From Rhina ancylostomus (lineage: Eukaryota), in NCBI GenBank assembly GCA_030265395.1, contig JARFYF010000017.1, positions 27,004,686-27,068,685 of the forward strand: DNA of 64,000 bases, in the 5' to 3' direction. Each line of letters begins with the position of its first letter. Position 1 is the first letter of the stretch. Of this stretch, positions 1 through 13,520 are shown one piece after another. The translations under genes and the position numbers were made by a program. Below the pieces are notes generated by a model. That model ran no database searches and was not told the DNA's origin. It saw nothing but the letters and a program-made list of their open reading frames with translations.

Positions 1-242
1 AGGAATCTGTGGCAGCTCTGACCATTATTTTTTCCATCTGCTATCAATACAGAGGACTGCAGGACTATCACTGCACCAGTGTTTAAAAAACCCAAGTAAT
101 TACAGGCCTATTAGTTTAACTCTGGTGGAACACAAATGATTATAATTGATTCTAATAGACAGTATAAATCTTCAGTTAGAAGGGTACAGATTAGTCAGGG
201 AAAGTGAGCATGCATATGTTGGGGGAAGATGTGACTAAACTA
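1..242 (+). mobile_element. Old CR1-type LINE RT fragment
   Basis: aattacaggcctattagtttaactctgg encodes NYRPISLT, a LINE RT domain motif. Confidence 0.6.
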
Positions 243-699
243 GATACCTCCTCCTTGAACAGCACTTTTTCTACGTCATGCATTTTCTAAGAATTTACTT
301 AATTTTTTAATCTTGCTGACTTGTCACTCATTATTGGTGCATGCAATTTCCCCCACACCTTTCTCCTCTGTCCCCAACTGCTGACTCCTTCTCTCCAATA
401 GATTCTCACAGCCAAGGACAAGCACTGACTGCATCCGTGGTAGATGTCTCAGATCTTGTTGCTCAGGAACCATANNNNNNNNNNNNNNNNNNNNNNNNNN
501 NNNNNNNNNNNNNNNNNNNNNATTTATAATTCTCCTCCTCCCTTCTATATCATTCACTCCTCAAACTGATTTATCAATGCAGAATTATTCTAGAACTAAT
601 AATCCATCCACTTCCAAAATGAGAATGAATCGAAATCCCTGACCCTAATCCAAGACCCTAAAAATGTTTAAGAAGTTCTTTTCAATGACAATAAGAAAG

Positions 700-1022
700 G
701 AAAACTTGCATTTTATTTAGTATTCCCCACAACTTTCCCCAATGTATTCTACAGCCATTTCTGTGTATTTCTATTTATTTCCAAGGAAGTGAATTTCAGA
801 GATGGAGTTGAACACATAGTCAGCACTCTATAGCATGTTTAGGATTACTGAATGTTTTAATGGCCATCTGAAAGGTCAGGCACAGCCTTAGGTTAAGACT
901 TATCCAACATCCAGCACTTTTGACAGTGCAGTACTCTCTTTACTACACTGGAGTGTTGGCCCAAATGTTCTTTATGTTCACTTTGCATTAGTGCAATTTA
1001 AACCTACTCTCTTCAGACTGCT
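700..1022 (-). mobile_element. Deu-domain SINE (SacSINE1/AmnSINE1-like)
   Basis: Contains gacagtgcagtactctctttactacactggagtgt and a tRNA-like head at the right end. Similar copies lie at 8030 and 10550. Confidence 0.6.
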
Positions 1023-1049
1023 TCTTAGTTCCTTGGAATGGATAATGAC

Positions 1050-3545
1050 TTACTTCCAAATCATTTCAATGCAGTGTGAGGTGGCCATGGGTGAGGCAGT
1101 TGGTGCTCAGTGAGGGGAGTGGATAGGTTGTTCGGGAAGTCAAGCCCTTCTCTCCCTGTTCATAGAAATTTGAGTTCCTTAGTTCCTCTCGGATGCTTCG
1201 CCATCTTGCGCAGTAACAGGCCAGGGGCTCCCAAGAGTTACAAAGTATGTTACATTTTTAAAGGAGACTTTGAGAATGCCCTAGAAACATTTTCTCCGTC
1301 CGCTGGAAATCTCTTCTCATTACTGAGCCTGGAGTGGAATGGCTAATGTGGGAGTCCAGTGTCAGGCATGTCGATCAGTAAGTTGCTGAATTTCCTGCAC
1401 TCTACAGGCACTGGTTGAGCTTGAACAAAATCCCAGTGTGAGGGCTTTGGCCTAGCAGAAGACATCAACATTGATTTACCTATCCTCCAATCAGTTTGGA
1501 GGATGATGCTGAGACAGCAGTGACCGTATATCTCCTATACTTTGAGGTGTGTTTTGAGATATCTCCAAGTCCAGGTCTTCAAAGCAGACAGGGTGGCTAA
1601 GTCCACTGCTGCTTGGTAGATCACGAGCTTTGTGCCTTAGTCTTTTTTTCAGTTGGCTGACTGTTGGGCTGGTGCATGAAGAAAGTGGTGAATTTCTTCA
1701 TCAATGTTCGTCTTTGTTATGAAGTGGCTCCCAATTTACAAAAAGTGGTCCATAGTTTTCCAGGTCTCACTGTAGATCTTGATGTCAGGAACAGTGTGGC
1801 GTGTTCGCGGTAGGTTGGCAGATGAACTTAGTGTTCTAGATATGTGGCGTAAGCTCCATCATTTCCTACACTTAGTTGAATGAATCACAATAACTGGAAG
1901 CTTGGTCTTTGTTGATGTATGTGTACTAGTATCACCTGCACACAGTACTCCATTGACTGAGTTTGAGGTGATCTTCATTCTAGAGTGAATACAGTGAAAG
2001 TTCTTCCCTTTGGTTCTTCAGATCAACTCCACTCCAGCAGAAAGACATAGAACATAGAACAGTACAGCACAATACAAACTCTTTGGCCCACAATGTTGTG
2101 CCAACATTCTATCCTGCCCTAATATCTATCTAACCCTTCCATCCCACGCAGACCCCCACCCATTTCTCTATCATTCACATGTCTATCTAAGAGTTTCTTA
2201 AATGTCCCTAATGTATCTGCTCCCACAACCTCTGCCAGCAGTGCATTCCACAAACCCACCACTCTCTGTGTAAAAAACATACCCCTGGCATCCCCCTATA
2301 CCTTCCTCCAATCACCTTAAAATTATGTCCCCTCGTGTTAGCCATTGTCACCCTGGTAAAAAGTCTCTGACTATCCACTCGATCTATGCCTCTTATCATC
2401 TTAACATCAGACTGTTGGAGGTAAGGTGCTGTGATGCAGAGAGAAAGACCAATAAGGGAGTTGGAGTGATGACAAACTTGCTTGTCCCCAGTCTGCCCCT
2501 CTACCATGACAGACCTGTTAGTTAATCATGACTTGCATGTCATCACACAGCATGGCAATAAACCTCTGAGGAAAGCCATATCTGAGAAGGATTTTCAACT
2601 AGCCCTTTCAGTAGATGGATTCAAGGTCTTTTGTGAGGATGAGAAATAGATGAGAAAGTGATCAGTGTACCTCCTAACACTTGTCTTGGACTTACTTTGC
2701 GATGAGGATCAGATTCAGTGCACATCTTGATGGATGGTTTACAGCTCTGAGAAGAAGTCTTCGGCCACTGTGCAGAGGCAGTTAAGGAGGAAGCTTGAAC
2801 TTTTCCTGAAGTAGCTGGTAGGGAGTCTGCTTGGTAATTAGTTCATCTGGATTTGTCCCCTTTCTTGAAACTGTACATTTCCTCAGATCTCCAGGCAGGT
2901 CCTCACTTCCCACATGTGGGAGATGACTTCATGAATTTACACCAGAAATACTTCTCTGCCGAGTTTCAGTAGTTCAGCAAGATTTTCTTTCTGCTCCAGG
3001 TTGTTGTTTTTCCAAATGTTAGATGGATTTTCAGCCTCTTGGCCAGCTGAGCTAGGGTGTTAAATAGACTGAACATGGAGGGATGGAGCCAAAGACATTT
3101 AATTCAAATGCAGAGTTGTGATGGATGAGATCCTCCAACTGCTCCTTCCATTGGGCACCAATTACTTCTCTGTCCTTGATAAATTCTCTTCCATTCTTGG
3201 TTTTCAGCAGGGTGAATCCTTGGATGCTTGGGCAATAGTTGGCTTTGATAGTGCCGGAGAGTCCATGTCTGTCATGGTTATCAGTGAGTTGTTTGATCTG
3301 CACACTTTCCAACCACTATCTGTCATGTTTTTGTAGACCTGAGCCTTCAGCTACCAGTTAATCTGTTTTACTTCCAATACACATGGTATCAGTAAATTAA
3401 TCCAAAACATGGGGGTGGCCTGTTGAGGCAGCCCACTTTCACAGGATGAATCTATCCCCGTTGGGCAGCAAAACATGCACTGGAACCTATCAATGAGCCA
3501 GGAGTACACTGGGTGACCATAGTCTGCCAGCACCAGGCATCATCG
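1050..3545 (-). mobile_element. Degenerate RTE-clade LINE, interrupted by a CR1 insertion
   Basis: The minus strand has LLKTKNGREFIKDREVIGAQWKEQLEDL and KQ..VI.P.L...AGVELI motifs typical of RTE ORF2, with many stops. Confidence 0.7.
2045..2403 (-). mobile_element. CR1/HER1-type LINE 3' fragment nested in the RTE element
   Basis: KMIRGIDRVDSQRLF..TRGHNFKV peptide and the (catagaa)n 3' tail. Confidence 0.9.
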
Positions 3546-5944
3546 AGCTAGCAATTGAAACGTTGAAGTTTTCTGGAGACACAAGTTAAAAAGGAGAGAT
3601 TTAATGTGAACATTGAAAGGACTTATTGGGGTAAAGGAGTGAATATGATTTGATAGATATGATGCAGCTATAAAATCCATCTCATCTATCTGTTTAAATT
3701 ATCAATTTTATTAGCAGCAGAAGGAATTCAAAGAGATGCCAGGACATGATGGAGCCGTGAAGTGCCTGGGACTGGGTGCAGGAAATGGGAACAGTAAAGG
3801 GTCTGACACTCCATTTCTCCTGTCCAGATGCATGCATTCAGCAACTTTCATTCCAACATTCCCCACTGACTCCATCAGACTGTAACCTGCCAGTTTCTTG
3901 ATTCCTTTCTTTAAAAAAGTTTCAGAAAATGAAAGTTAAAACCAAAATAAGCGAGCATATTTATATTTTCGTTATTTAGGTTGAATTATTTACTTACCTT
4001 GGAAATTACTGACAATGCTTATGTGACAGCCCAGAAAAAACAACAACTTTGAAGTGAATGCTATGCAGCCTTAATAAGGACATTAGCTGAGGAGTTATTA
4101 TTGTAGCTATCGGTAGATAAATGCTTAACACATTAGATAGATTTGTCCATTCAGTTATCAAAAGCATGAGCCCACTGAAAATCAATCACTTATTATCTGC
4201 TTTAATTTATTGGCAAAAAGGTATTAGCTGAACACAGTGAGTGTCAAGCCACTAATAAAGCTGACAGTAATTGCAGACTGTACAGTTCGTTCTCATTTTT
4301 CACTTGTGCACAGGGGCAATTCTCATATCAGTCCATCAGGTGGTGCTCTCACCGTTTATGACCAGTTTCACAGAACAATAAAGAAATCTTAATTCACTGA
4401 AAGGTTATTGTGGTATCTATGCAAAATGGTGCCAGTTCTGACCTGGTACTGAAGCTAGGTGCTTTTCTACAGCTAAACGATTCATTTTACATTAATCCAT
4501 AGTTTAACAGCAAGAGTTATAACAATATCTGGTCACTTCAAGTTCTCTTAATTGAAAACACTTTACTGTAAGAAAATAACCAATGCTTTTTAAATACGTT
4601 TTCTGTATATGGATTTCAAACCCAATATCTAGTTCCAGCATGTGATCCATTTTCTTAGCCTGTTGTTTGCAATGACTGAACTTAAAGCATATCATTTTAC
4701 ATATAGCACTCAGCTAATTCTGTAAAAAATATTACTGAGGCACAGCTGTTAGTATCCTGCTCTTAACAGCCATGTGATTTAATTAGAGCATGGTATATCA
4801 GATGGTCTAAACACTTCATGCATTAGACTAGTTTTACTAACCTGCATTGTTGTTCTGTTCCCTTGTATTAGTGAGAGTTGCAATCCCATCTTCTAAAACA
4901 CATGTTAGGTGGTGCTCTGTGTTTGCAGCTAAACAAGTTACAAAAAGTCAAGGAGTAAATAACTTGCATCTCAAACAATAAATAAAGTATAATTTCAGAG
5001 AGGTTTGAGTTCTAACCATAATCCTTTATCTAAGTTAAATGATTCAGTAGAACCTTTGGTCTTGGTATCCCAGGGTTGGGTGGGTCAGAGAGCTGTGAAG
5101 GGTTCTGTTCTTGAATATTATCCAAGAATCCCTGCTGGCAAGTCTACACACACAGATGTTGGGAAAGGACAGGAATACTTGGCCATACTGGGTCCAGGGG
5201 TGAAATATCTGCATATGCTTATGGCCTGGGGTCACAAGCAGATTGAACCTTTACACAAGATAGCAGGAATCACTATTGCATCTAGGAATTCAAGTTCCTC
5301 CACCACTTTCAAGTAACAGGAGTGGGAAATCGGAACAGAAAAAGTAAAAAAAACACAGTGCAATGTGGAGCTGATGTTTTAAGGTTGGGACTATTTTGTG
5401 CTCTCATTGTTTTCATCATTTCTGTAACTCTTCACATAATAGATCTGTATATAACATGTTAATAGGCAAATATGTTAACTCACACAATATCTTACAGTGC
5501 AGCAATGCAGTCCCAGTATAGCAATAGGATACATGTTGAACTACAACCTGGCTACCTAATGCAGGCACAACAGGACCCAATCATGTCTGTTGGGATCTGA
5601 CCTGGTTGGGTGTATACTCTCTCAAAACATTCAGGCTCAGGTTAGATCAGACTGCACCTCACTAACCTGTTCAGTGCCCCATTCAGGAGAACCTAAGCAG
5701 CATCACTATGTGAACTGGACCCTCTAAGACTGCTGTGCTCACAATGATGGGTCAGTTAGTATGGTAAGAACCACATGTACTTTGGCTTAGGCTGGGTTCA
5801 AATTGATGGAGTTTGGCTATGCCAGACACCGATTTTACCCCCAATTCAACTTCTTAGTTTAATCCCCAAATTACTGCACAGTCAGCATTCACTGTTTTTC
5901 CAGCATATGAAAGCAGCATGCCCAAGGGTTAATCTCTACAGGGA

Positions 5945-6548
5945 TAGGAGAGTAATTGTTCAAGAACCATGAAGTAATGTTGCAGCTCTATAAAACTCTG
6001 ATTAGACCACATTTTGAGTATTGTATTCCATTCTGGTCACCTCATCATAGGAAGGATGTGGAAGCTTTAGAGAGGGTGCAGAGGAGATTTAACAGGATGC
6101 TGTCTGGATCAGAGAACATGTCTTATGAGGAAAGGTTGAGCGAGTTAGGGCTTTTCTCTTTGGATGAGAGGTACCTTGATAGAGGAGTATAAGATTATGA
6201 GGGGCATAGATAGAGTGGACAATCAGCACCTTTTCCCCAGGGAGACAATAGCCAATACCAGAGGACACCTGCTTAAGATCAGAAGAGGAATGTTCAGGGG
6301 AGATGTCAGAGGTAGATTCTTTACCCAGAGAGTGGTGGGTGCTTGGAACACACTGCTGGGGGTGGTTGTAGAAGCTGATACAATAGGGACCTTTAAAATG
6401 CTCTTAGATAGGCACATCGAAGTAAGAAAAATGGAGGGATACGGGCTATACAGGAGGGAAAGGTTAGCTTAATCATGGAGGAGTTATTCATATAGTTTGC
6501 CGCAACTTCGTGAGCCAAAGGGCCCATACTGTGCTGTACTGTTCTGGT
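5945..6548 (+). mobile_element. CR1/HER1-type LINE 3' fragment
   Basis: LYKTLIRPHFEYCIPFWSPHHRKDVEALERVQRRF and FFTQRVVGAWN, followed by the tail ctgtgctgtactgttct. Confidence 0.93.
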
Positions 6549-8029
6549 CTATATAATTGGACAGCCCCACCCCACACTTTACACTCCCTGCCACTCCTAG
6601 CTATTCTCACATACTTTCTTCAGGTTGACTTTAGGAGTGCTGGTCAAAATTTGGGTACAAATCATTGGAACCCAGCCCAAAACATCTCAAGAGAAGGCTT
6701 GGGATATAAGCTAAAAGAGAACTTCATTTTAATGGCAATGCTCACAGCTTCCGCACAGTTTGTAAACCATGGAAACTGTAATTGCATGTCAGTTTGTTTT
6801 ATAATACTGCAAAGTTGCTAGGTCCAGTTTCCTTTTCAGATGAGACAACAAAAGCTAATGTTTGATTCTGCTGGCACAATTCAATGTTAATGCTGATTGG
6901 TGAATTTTTATAAATGGCAAACAGATATATATTTATCATGGGTACATTCTGTTGCCTTGGTTACTGGCTTAAATTGTCACAATCAACACAGAGCAATTGT
7001 TTTCAAGTTTTAACATTAAAAGTTTAAATCTGAAAAGGTTATAATTAAACTTGGATTTTACAGAGTCTACTGGTCTTCTTTAATAAAACCAGTAACACTA
7101 TTTTTATATAACAAGTCTGTTGATTCATTCCACTCTACTGTACTATTTTGGGTGTGCTGTATTTGACTAGTGCCATTATTAAGAATGTTTCTGTTACCAT
7201 CTCAAATACCATTAGGTACAATTTCTAGCATGACCTTAATCACCATGTACTTTCCTGAATTTCATTGGCCCAGATCTTCCACTACCAGTAAACTCACCAG
7301 CCCCTCCAATCCACTCTTAACTGGAGAGGGTTCCTGTATAATGACCCCCAANNNNNNNNNNNNNNNNNNNNNNNNNNNNNNNNNNNNNNNNNNNNNNNNN
7401 NNNNNNNNNNNNNGGCTACACCGGAATTGCTTTGAGGGCCATATCGGCCCCTCTCCAAGCTTCCTGGTTTTCAAAGTTATCAAAGAGATGAAATGTTTGT
7501 GAAGTTCACATTCTCAAATATTCAGAAGTAAAAATGAAATGTACCATAACAAAATAAAATTCTCAAAAAGTGAAGAACACAAAAAATCAATTAAAGACAA
7601 TTAACGATATTTAAATTAGATGACAATTGGTTTTTACTTGCCATTCCTGCTCCAGCTGAGCTTCTTCATCTAAAGCAGGAGGACTGCTAGACCTGCCCCA
7701 GATTCACTGAGCAGATGACCCAGCCTAACCTTTGGAAGCTCTGTGGAAGTTTTGAACTCCCCCACAGGACCATGAAGATCCACTGATGGAGCACAATGTT
7801 CCAGCCAGCAGTGATCTGCTATGAGAGAACTCCAGATTTCTGTCTTTGCACAGCAGTCATGAAGTTCCATGCAGATAAGTAGGTAAAAACAGCAGTTCTA
7901 TGTAGAAGTGCTATTTAAGTGGAAGATCTGAGCCATCTTATGCATTCAGGCACTGATAGTTTACACCCCAATGGTGGGGCAAAATAAACAGGCCTTGTCT
8001 TGAACTAAAAGGCATCACTAGCAATTACG

Positions 8030-8405
8030 TACACCAACCATGATATTCTAAAGGCTTTTGCAACCAATGATGTATTTTGTGTGTGATCACTCTCAACTTG
8101 TAGGCATAGCAAGCACCTGCAGTAATGTGATAATGACCAGGTAAGTTGTTTTAATAATGTTGATTGAATATTAAGTATTGCCAGGGCACTAAGGAGATCT
8201 ACGTTTCTCCAAATTAGTGATATGGAATTGTCCACATAGACCTAAGAGAGCAGGTAGGGTCTCTGCTTAATGTCCCACCCAAAAGGCTATATCTCTGACA
8301 AAATAGTTTGCTCTCTGTGCTATGGTGGGATGCCAGTTTACCTTGTAATGTTTCACCTTTGGGGTGTGGCTTGAGCTCATATCTACTTCTGACTCTTGCT
8401 ACCAA
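8030..8405 (-). mobile_element. Deu-domain SINE copy
   Basis: Shares tattgccagggcac..atggaattgtccacatagacctaagagagcagg with the 700 and 10550 copies. Confidence 0.55.
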
Positions 8406-9819
8406 CAGAACCTCTGTTGTTATAATTTTAGAAAACTGCTACCAAGTGCATCTCATGCATCAAACTGCAATTTTTAAAGCCAAAGACAAAGCTCTGACTG
8501 AGGTGCAGCAATCAGTGCCAACATGGCACTGAGATAGAGGCTTAATCCCCACTAAATTCATTCTCAATGTTTCAGCATTCACTGTTCCAATGGGTTATTA
8601 GGCCAGTGAGTGCTTGTGAAATTCTATGCGGGGATGAGAGACATCAATGGCTTTACCACCCCCACCTCCATTCCCATCCCCACCTGCACCACTAAAGTAA
8701 CACTACCATGCAGGTTTGGGAAAAGCTGCAGGTGATACTAGTGCAGTCCTTTATGTCACTGAATGCAGAAATCAATCTGACAGTCAAAGACCTTTGCTTA
8801 AAAAAAAGCTTTAACTCACAAGCTGGTCTCTTATGAATTAGAATTAAAACCTGACATCGGAGTAATTGTGTTGGATGCTTCATTTTTCATTAACATTCCT
8901 TGTAATTCAAGTGTGAAAGCAAAGTGTTCTGGTAGGCTGTGAGCAATGCAGTTTACACAAAGTCCAAGTTCAAGCAGCTAGAGTGTGCACTCAAGCCTAA
9001 TGCATTCTTACAGTTCCTTACATAGGCTCATTGTTAGCTCAAATCCAATCTAGTACTACCTTAAATCCTATATAAATACAGCCATTATAATTTTGAGCAA
9101 TGAGATATTGCAGTGGCCAGACTTTGCTGACTTCTTGTATTTAAGGTGACAATCTTTAGAAAAAAATTGCATGAATAGTGTATGGGTTTCTTTCATAACG
9201 CATTTTTATTATTATTTTTAGTAAAAAAATTGTTAATGAATTAGTGTCAGCAAGTAATGAGGGAGAAGGCATCTGTAGAGTTTGAATTTTACCCAGTGGG
9301 ATTTGTTTTGGCAAGATACCATGCCTAGTGTGAAAGCAGATTCTTCAATGCTAAAACTTCACTACACCTTTATGTTCATTGTTATGATTAGTTTACACTT
9401 ACTTTGATATAATGACAGGATTTGCATGTGGCAAAATTTGGGAGAATATTTTTGATATTCCAGAATAAACTGGTGACAAAAGAATAAGCACAAAATGCAT
9501 AAAATGCTGTGCTGTTATTGTAATTCATAGCATAGCTGTCAACAAACACAATATGAAGCTTTGACAATGCGTTATCTAATTGTGATTTGTTTCAACTAAC
9601 GACAGACATCTTCTGAAAATCTGTCAAGTTTCAAAAAGTTGCTGACTTTTTTGTGGTAAGTGCAATTAGCATTAGCATAATAAAGAATAATTGTGGAGAG
9701 GCTATTTGTCTTCATTTTTCTCAAATATATAAAGAGGATAAGAAAATTACAACAATGTCTAGATTTTTCATTTAAAAGGAAGAGCTGGAAACCACATTAT
9801 CTCACCATCTTGACTTGGA

Positions 9820-9992
9820 AATATATCACCAGTCATTCACTGACACTGGATCCAAATCCCAGTGCTCCCTGCACTGTGGGAGTATCTTCACAAGCACAAC
9901 TGCACTGGCTCAAGAAGGTGGCTCATCACCGCCTTCTCTGGGACAATTAGGGTGCAGCTATAAACACATCCTCATAAACGAATAAATAAATT
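9820..9992 (+). mobile_element. LINE 3' end (shark CR1/L2-like family)
   Basis: tcaagaaggtggctcatcaccgccttctctgggacaattaggg..aataaataaa. A related reverse copy lies near 28170-28320. Confidence 0.55.
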
Positions 9993-10549
9993 AATTAAGA
10001 AAACCTGAAATGCTAACAACATCAAAGTCCCTTTCACCTAACACACAGAAAGACGCCAAGGATGAAAAGTAAATTTTCTCAAATTAACTATATCTCTATC
10101 TTTAGATTTAACTGACTTTTGATACAAATATAATTTTTTGAAAAATGAAAAGTGATTCAATCAGCTCCATTAATCCTGCACTGACCCATAACAGTAACTG
10201 CTATTAAATACTTTCAGAGTATAGCAGCTAATGGCTGATTCCATTCAGCTCCACTCTATAATGCAAACAAGCTCAGCTTCCATGAAATATTGACCCAAGA
10301 AACCAATGTAGGTCTATGATTGGTCCCTTTCTTGAGGAAGTGAGTATCAGCTATGTAAAAGCAGGAAAGTAGGCCCATGCACTTATTCTCTGCAGGTCAC
10401 CATGTAATAGCAGCTCTGAGCCGGTCAATGGAGTAACCATTCCCCCTGAGCAGAAGAGCAGTGCACAGGGTGCTCTCCTAAAACTAATCAAACAACTTGC
10501 AGTTCTATAGCACCTCTCCTGTTCCAGTCAGGATGTTGCAAAACACTTC

Positions 10550-10852
10550 ACACCTAATGAAGTATACACTGTTGTAATAAAGGAAAAAGACTAGCCAAAT
10601 TATGCATAACAAGCTCCTGCAAATGGCAAGATTGATTGCAGACTAAATATTGGTCACAACACCACAGATAATGCTTCTGCTTTTCTTCTGAAGACTGCCA
10701 TGGGATCAGCAGAGCCTCAGCTAATGGCTCATTGGAAAGATGGTACCTCCAACAGTGCAGTACCACCTCAGTTCCGCACTTCAGTGTCAATCTAGACCTT
10801 GTTGCTAAGGTATCTGGAATTGGACCAAAGTCTGCAACCTTCTGATTCAAAT
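10550..10852 (-). mobile_element. Deu-domain SINE copy
   Basis: tgccatgggatc..gaaagatggtacctccaacagtgcagtaccacctcagttccgcact..caaccttctgattca. Confidence 0.65.
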
Positions 10853-11162
10853 ACTACAACAGACACTGTTCTATTCATGTGGTCTTCAGTTCAGAAACCT
10901 ATCAATACAATTTCTTGTTCTGTTAAAACAGGAGCAGCTGCAGATGAAGGCTGAACCCGAGAGGTATGCCTCACATCAGTAATAGAATTATCATGTGTGC
11001 CTTGGAAATACAGTATTCTCACATTTTACAAGCAGGCTATTGACAAATTTGGCATAAATCCGGAGCTTGTTAGTGACTGATAGATAGAACAGATTACTGG
11101 CCTAAAGGGTAAAAGTCTATTGGTTCACAGCACACATACAATACGGAAACCTAAATGATGGC

Positions 11163-11310
11163 TGGAGGACTACATCCTGAAGTATTTTCTCTACAGCAGT
11201 GTACAACTCATCCAGTTTAAACTGCAGAGCATTTTTTATTGGAGGACTACATCCTGAAGTATTTTCTCTACAGTGGAGTACAACTCATCCAGTTTAAATT
11301 GCAGAGCATT
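11163..11310. repeat. 77-bp tandem duplication (2 copies)
   Basis: tggaggactacatcctgaagtattttctctacag...gcagagcatt starts at 11163 and again at 11240, with few mismatches. Confidence 0.95.
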
Positions 11311-11624
11311 ATTCATCATATACTGTATATGTTGTCTTTGATTTCCCAGATCTTGAGAAGTTCACCCAGATCAGTTGCAATAAAATTGGTTTGATTTCTT
11401 TCATTAGTAGACGGGATGACTTCAGTACTAACCTCTTCAGGTGGCCTTGTTTCCTGGGTTGCTCCAATATATTGTCTTGGCCAGAACAGAGTGCATCCAC
11501 TCTATTTGATGGAGCACTTTATCTCCAAGGACCTCCTTGGAACTGATGACTGTGAAGGAGCCTTTATACCAAAAATGGAACAGTTTGCATTTGACAGGAA
11601 CAGAAGTTAATCATTAGGAGAGTA

Positions 11625-13520
11625 TAAGAACATAAGAAATAGAAGAAGGGGGCCCTCCTTGCATCCAAGCTGTTGTGCCCTGTAAGAATATTGTCAGTGA
11701 GTTCTCTTATTTAGAGAATACAGGTGTAAAATATTCAATCTCTCCTGAGACAGCAAACCCAACATCCCTGGAACTAGTCTAGTCCATCATCACTCCTCTT
11801 CCTCCCTGGCAAGTACATTCTTTCTTAGGTAAGGAAACTAGAAATGTACATAATATTCCAGGTGTAATCTCACCAAGGCCTGAAAGAATTGCAGTAAACC
11901 ATCTGTACTCAACTCTTCTTATAACAAAGGCCAACGTGCCATCCGCCTTTGCAATTCTTGTTTTATCTGCATATTGGTTTTCAGTGACTTTGTTTCAGAC
12001 ATTTAGGTCCCTTTGAACATCAACATTACCCAACCTCGTGCTATTTAACAAATCATAAAAAAGCAGATGACTGCATTTTTTTCACATATTACATCAGCCG
12101 TGTTCTTGCCCCCGTATCAACTTGTCCATATCCTCTTGAATCCTCTTTACTGGCTCATCACTACTCAAAAAGCCCATTGTATTGAAAGCAAACATAGAAA
12201 TATGACACTTGGTCTCCACAGTCAATTCATTCATGTATATAATGAATAGCTGGGGCCCAAACACTGATCCCTGTGGTGCCCACCAGTTATAGCCTGAGAA
12301 AGATCCATTTCTTCCCTCCTGTTTGACTGATAACCAATTCTCAATCATTTCAGTTTACTATCCGCAACCTCCTGTGCACTAACCTTGTTCACCAACCTCC
12401 ATCAGAAGGACAGCAGAAGGATGATGAGAGTAAAGGTAGGACTGATTAGATACAAAGGTGGGAAGATGTGCCTGGAAGCTGTGGAAGTGGGTGAGGTCCT
12501 CAATGAATATTTCTCTTCGGTATTCACCAAGGAGAGGGGCCTTGATGACATTGAGGACCATGGTGGTAAGGTTAATGTTCTAGNNNNNNNNNNNNNNNNN
12601 NNNNNNNNNNNNNNNNNNNNNNNNNNNNNNNNNNNNNNNNNNNNNNNNNNNNNNNNNNNNNNNNNNNNNNNNNNNNNNNNNNNTAAGCATATGGAGGAGT
12701 TTAAACTAGAGGGATCCGTGGGAGGAAGAGGTTAGATAGTCTTAGGCGAGGTTTAAAGGTCAGCACGACATTGTGGGCCAAAGGGCCTGTATTGTGCTGT
12801 ACTGTTCTATGATTCCAGTATGGGGCCTTATCAAAAGCCTTCTGAAAATCCAAATACACCACATTCGTTGATTGCCCATGTTTATTTGTTAGTCACAATC
12901 TCAAAGATCTCCAGCAGATTAATCAAATATTATTTTTCTTTCATAAATCCATGCTGACATTGTTTAATCATATTATATTTTTGAAAGGCAGTCAGTGATT
13001 AGAACCTTCATTATGGATACCAACGTTTTCTCTACAACTGACAGTAGGCTAACAGATTGATGGTTCTCTGTTATCTTTCTTCCTTTCTTAAATAGTTGGG
13101 TAACATTTGCTACCCTCCAATCCACAGGAACAATTCAAGAATCAGTAGAATTTTGGAAGATGATGACCAGACATTCACTATCTTCACAACTACCTTTTTC
13201 AAACCTCTGGAATTTAGATCATTGAGTCCTTGGAATTTATCAGTTTATTTTCCTTCAATTCCTATTTCTCACTAGACCCTTGGTGCACTGGTAATTCCAA
13301 CATATTTGTTTGTCTTTCTCTGTGAAGATAGAAACAAATTAGTTGCTTACTTCTTTTGCCATTTCCTTATTCCCCATTATAACTTCATCATCTCTGTCTG
13401 TAAGGGACCCCTAAATGCCTGGGCTTGCCTTTTCCTTTTCATGTACTCATAGAACCTTTTACAGTCCATTTTTACATTTCTTGCCAGTTTAATCTCATAT
13501 TCCGTTTTTCAAGTTCTTGG
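11625..13520 (-). mobile_element. Older CR1 LINE with a younger CR1 nested inside
   Basis: IENWLS..PQGSVFGPQLFIIYMNEL RT motifs. The sequence resumes after 12815 (ccttatcaaaagccttctgaaaatccaaata). Confidence 0.8.
12400..12815 (+). mobile_element. Younger CR1 insertion (middle lost in gap)
   Basis: EVGEVLNEYFSSVFTKE before the gap and the CR1 tail gggcctgtattgtgctgtactgttctatg after it. Confidence 0.85.

Noticed and set aside
5005-5316. ORFs with faint Harbinger-like words (VQSACDP, RDSWII)
   Set aside because: Similarity is too weak to call without a profile search.
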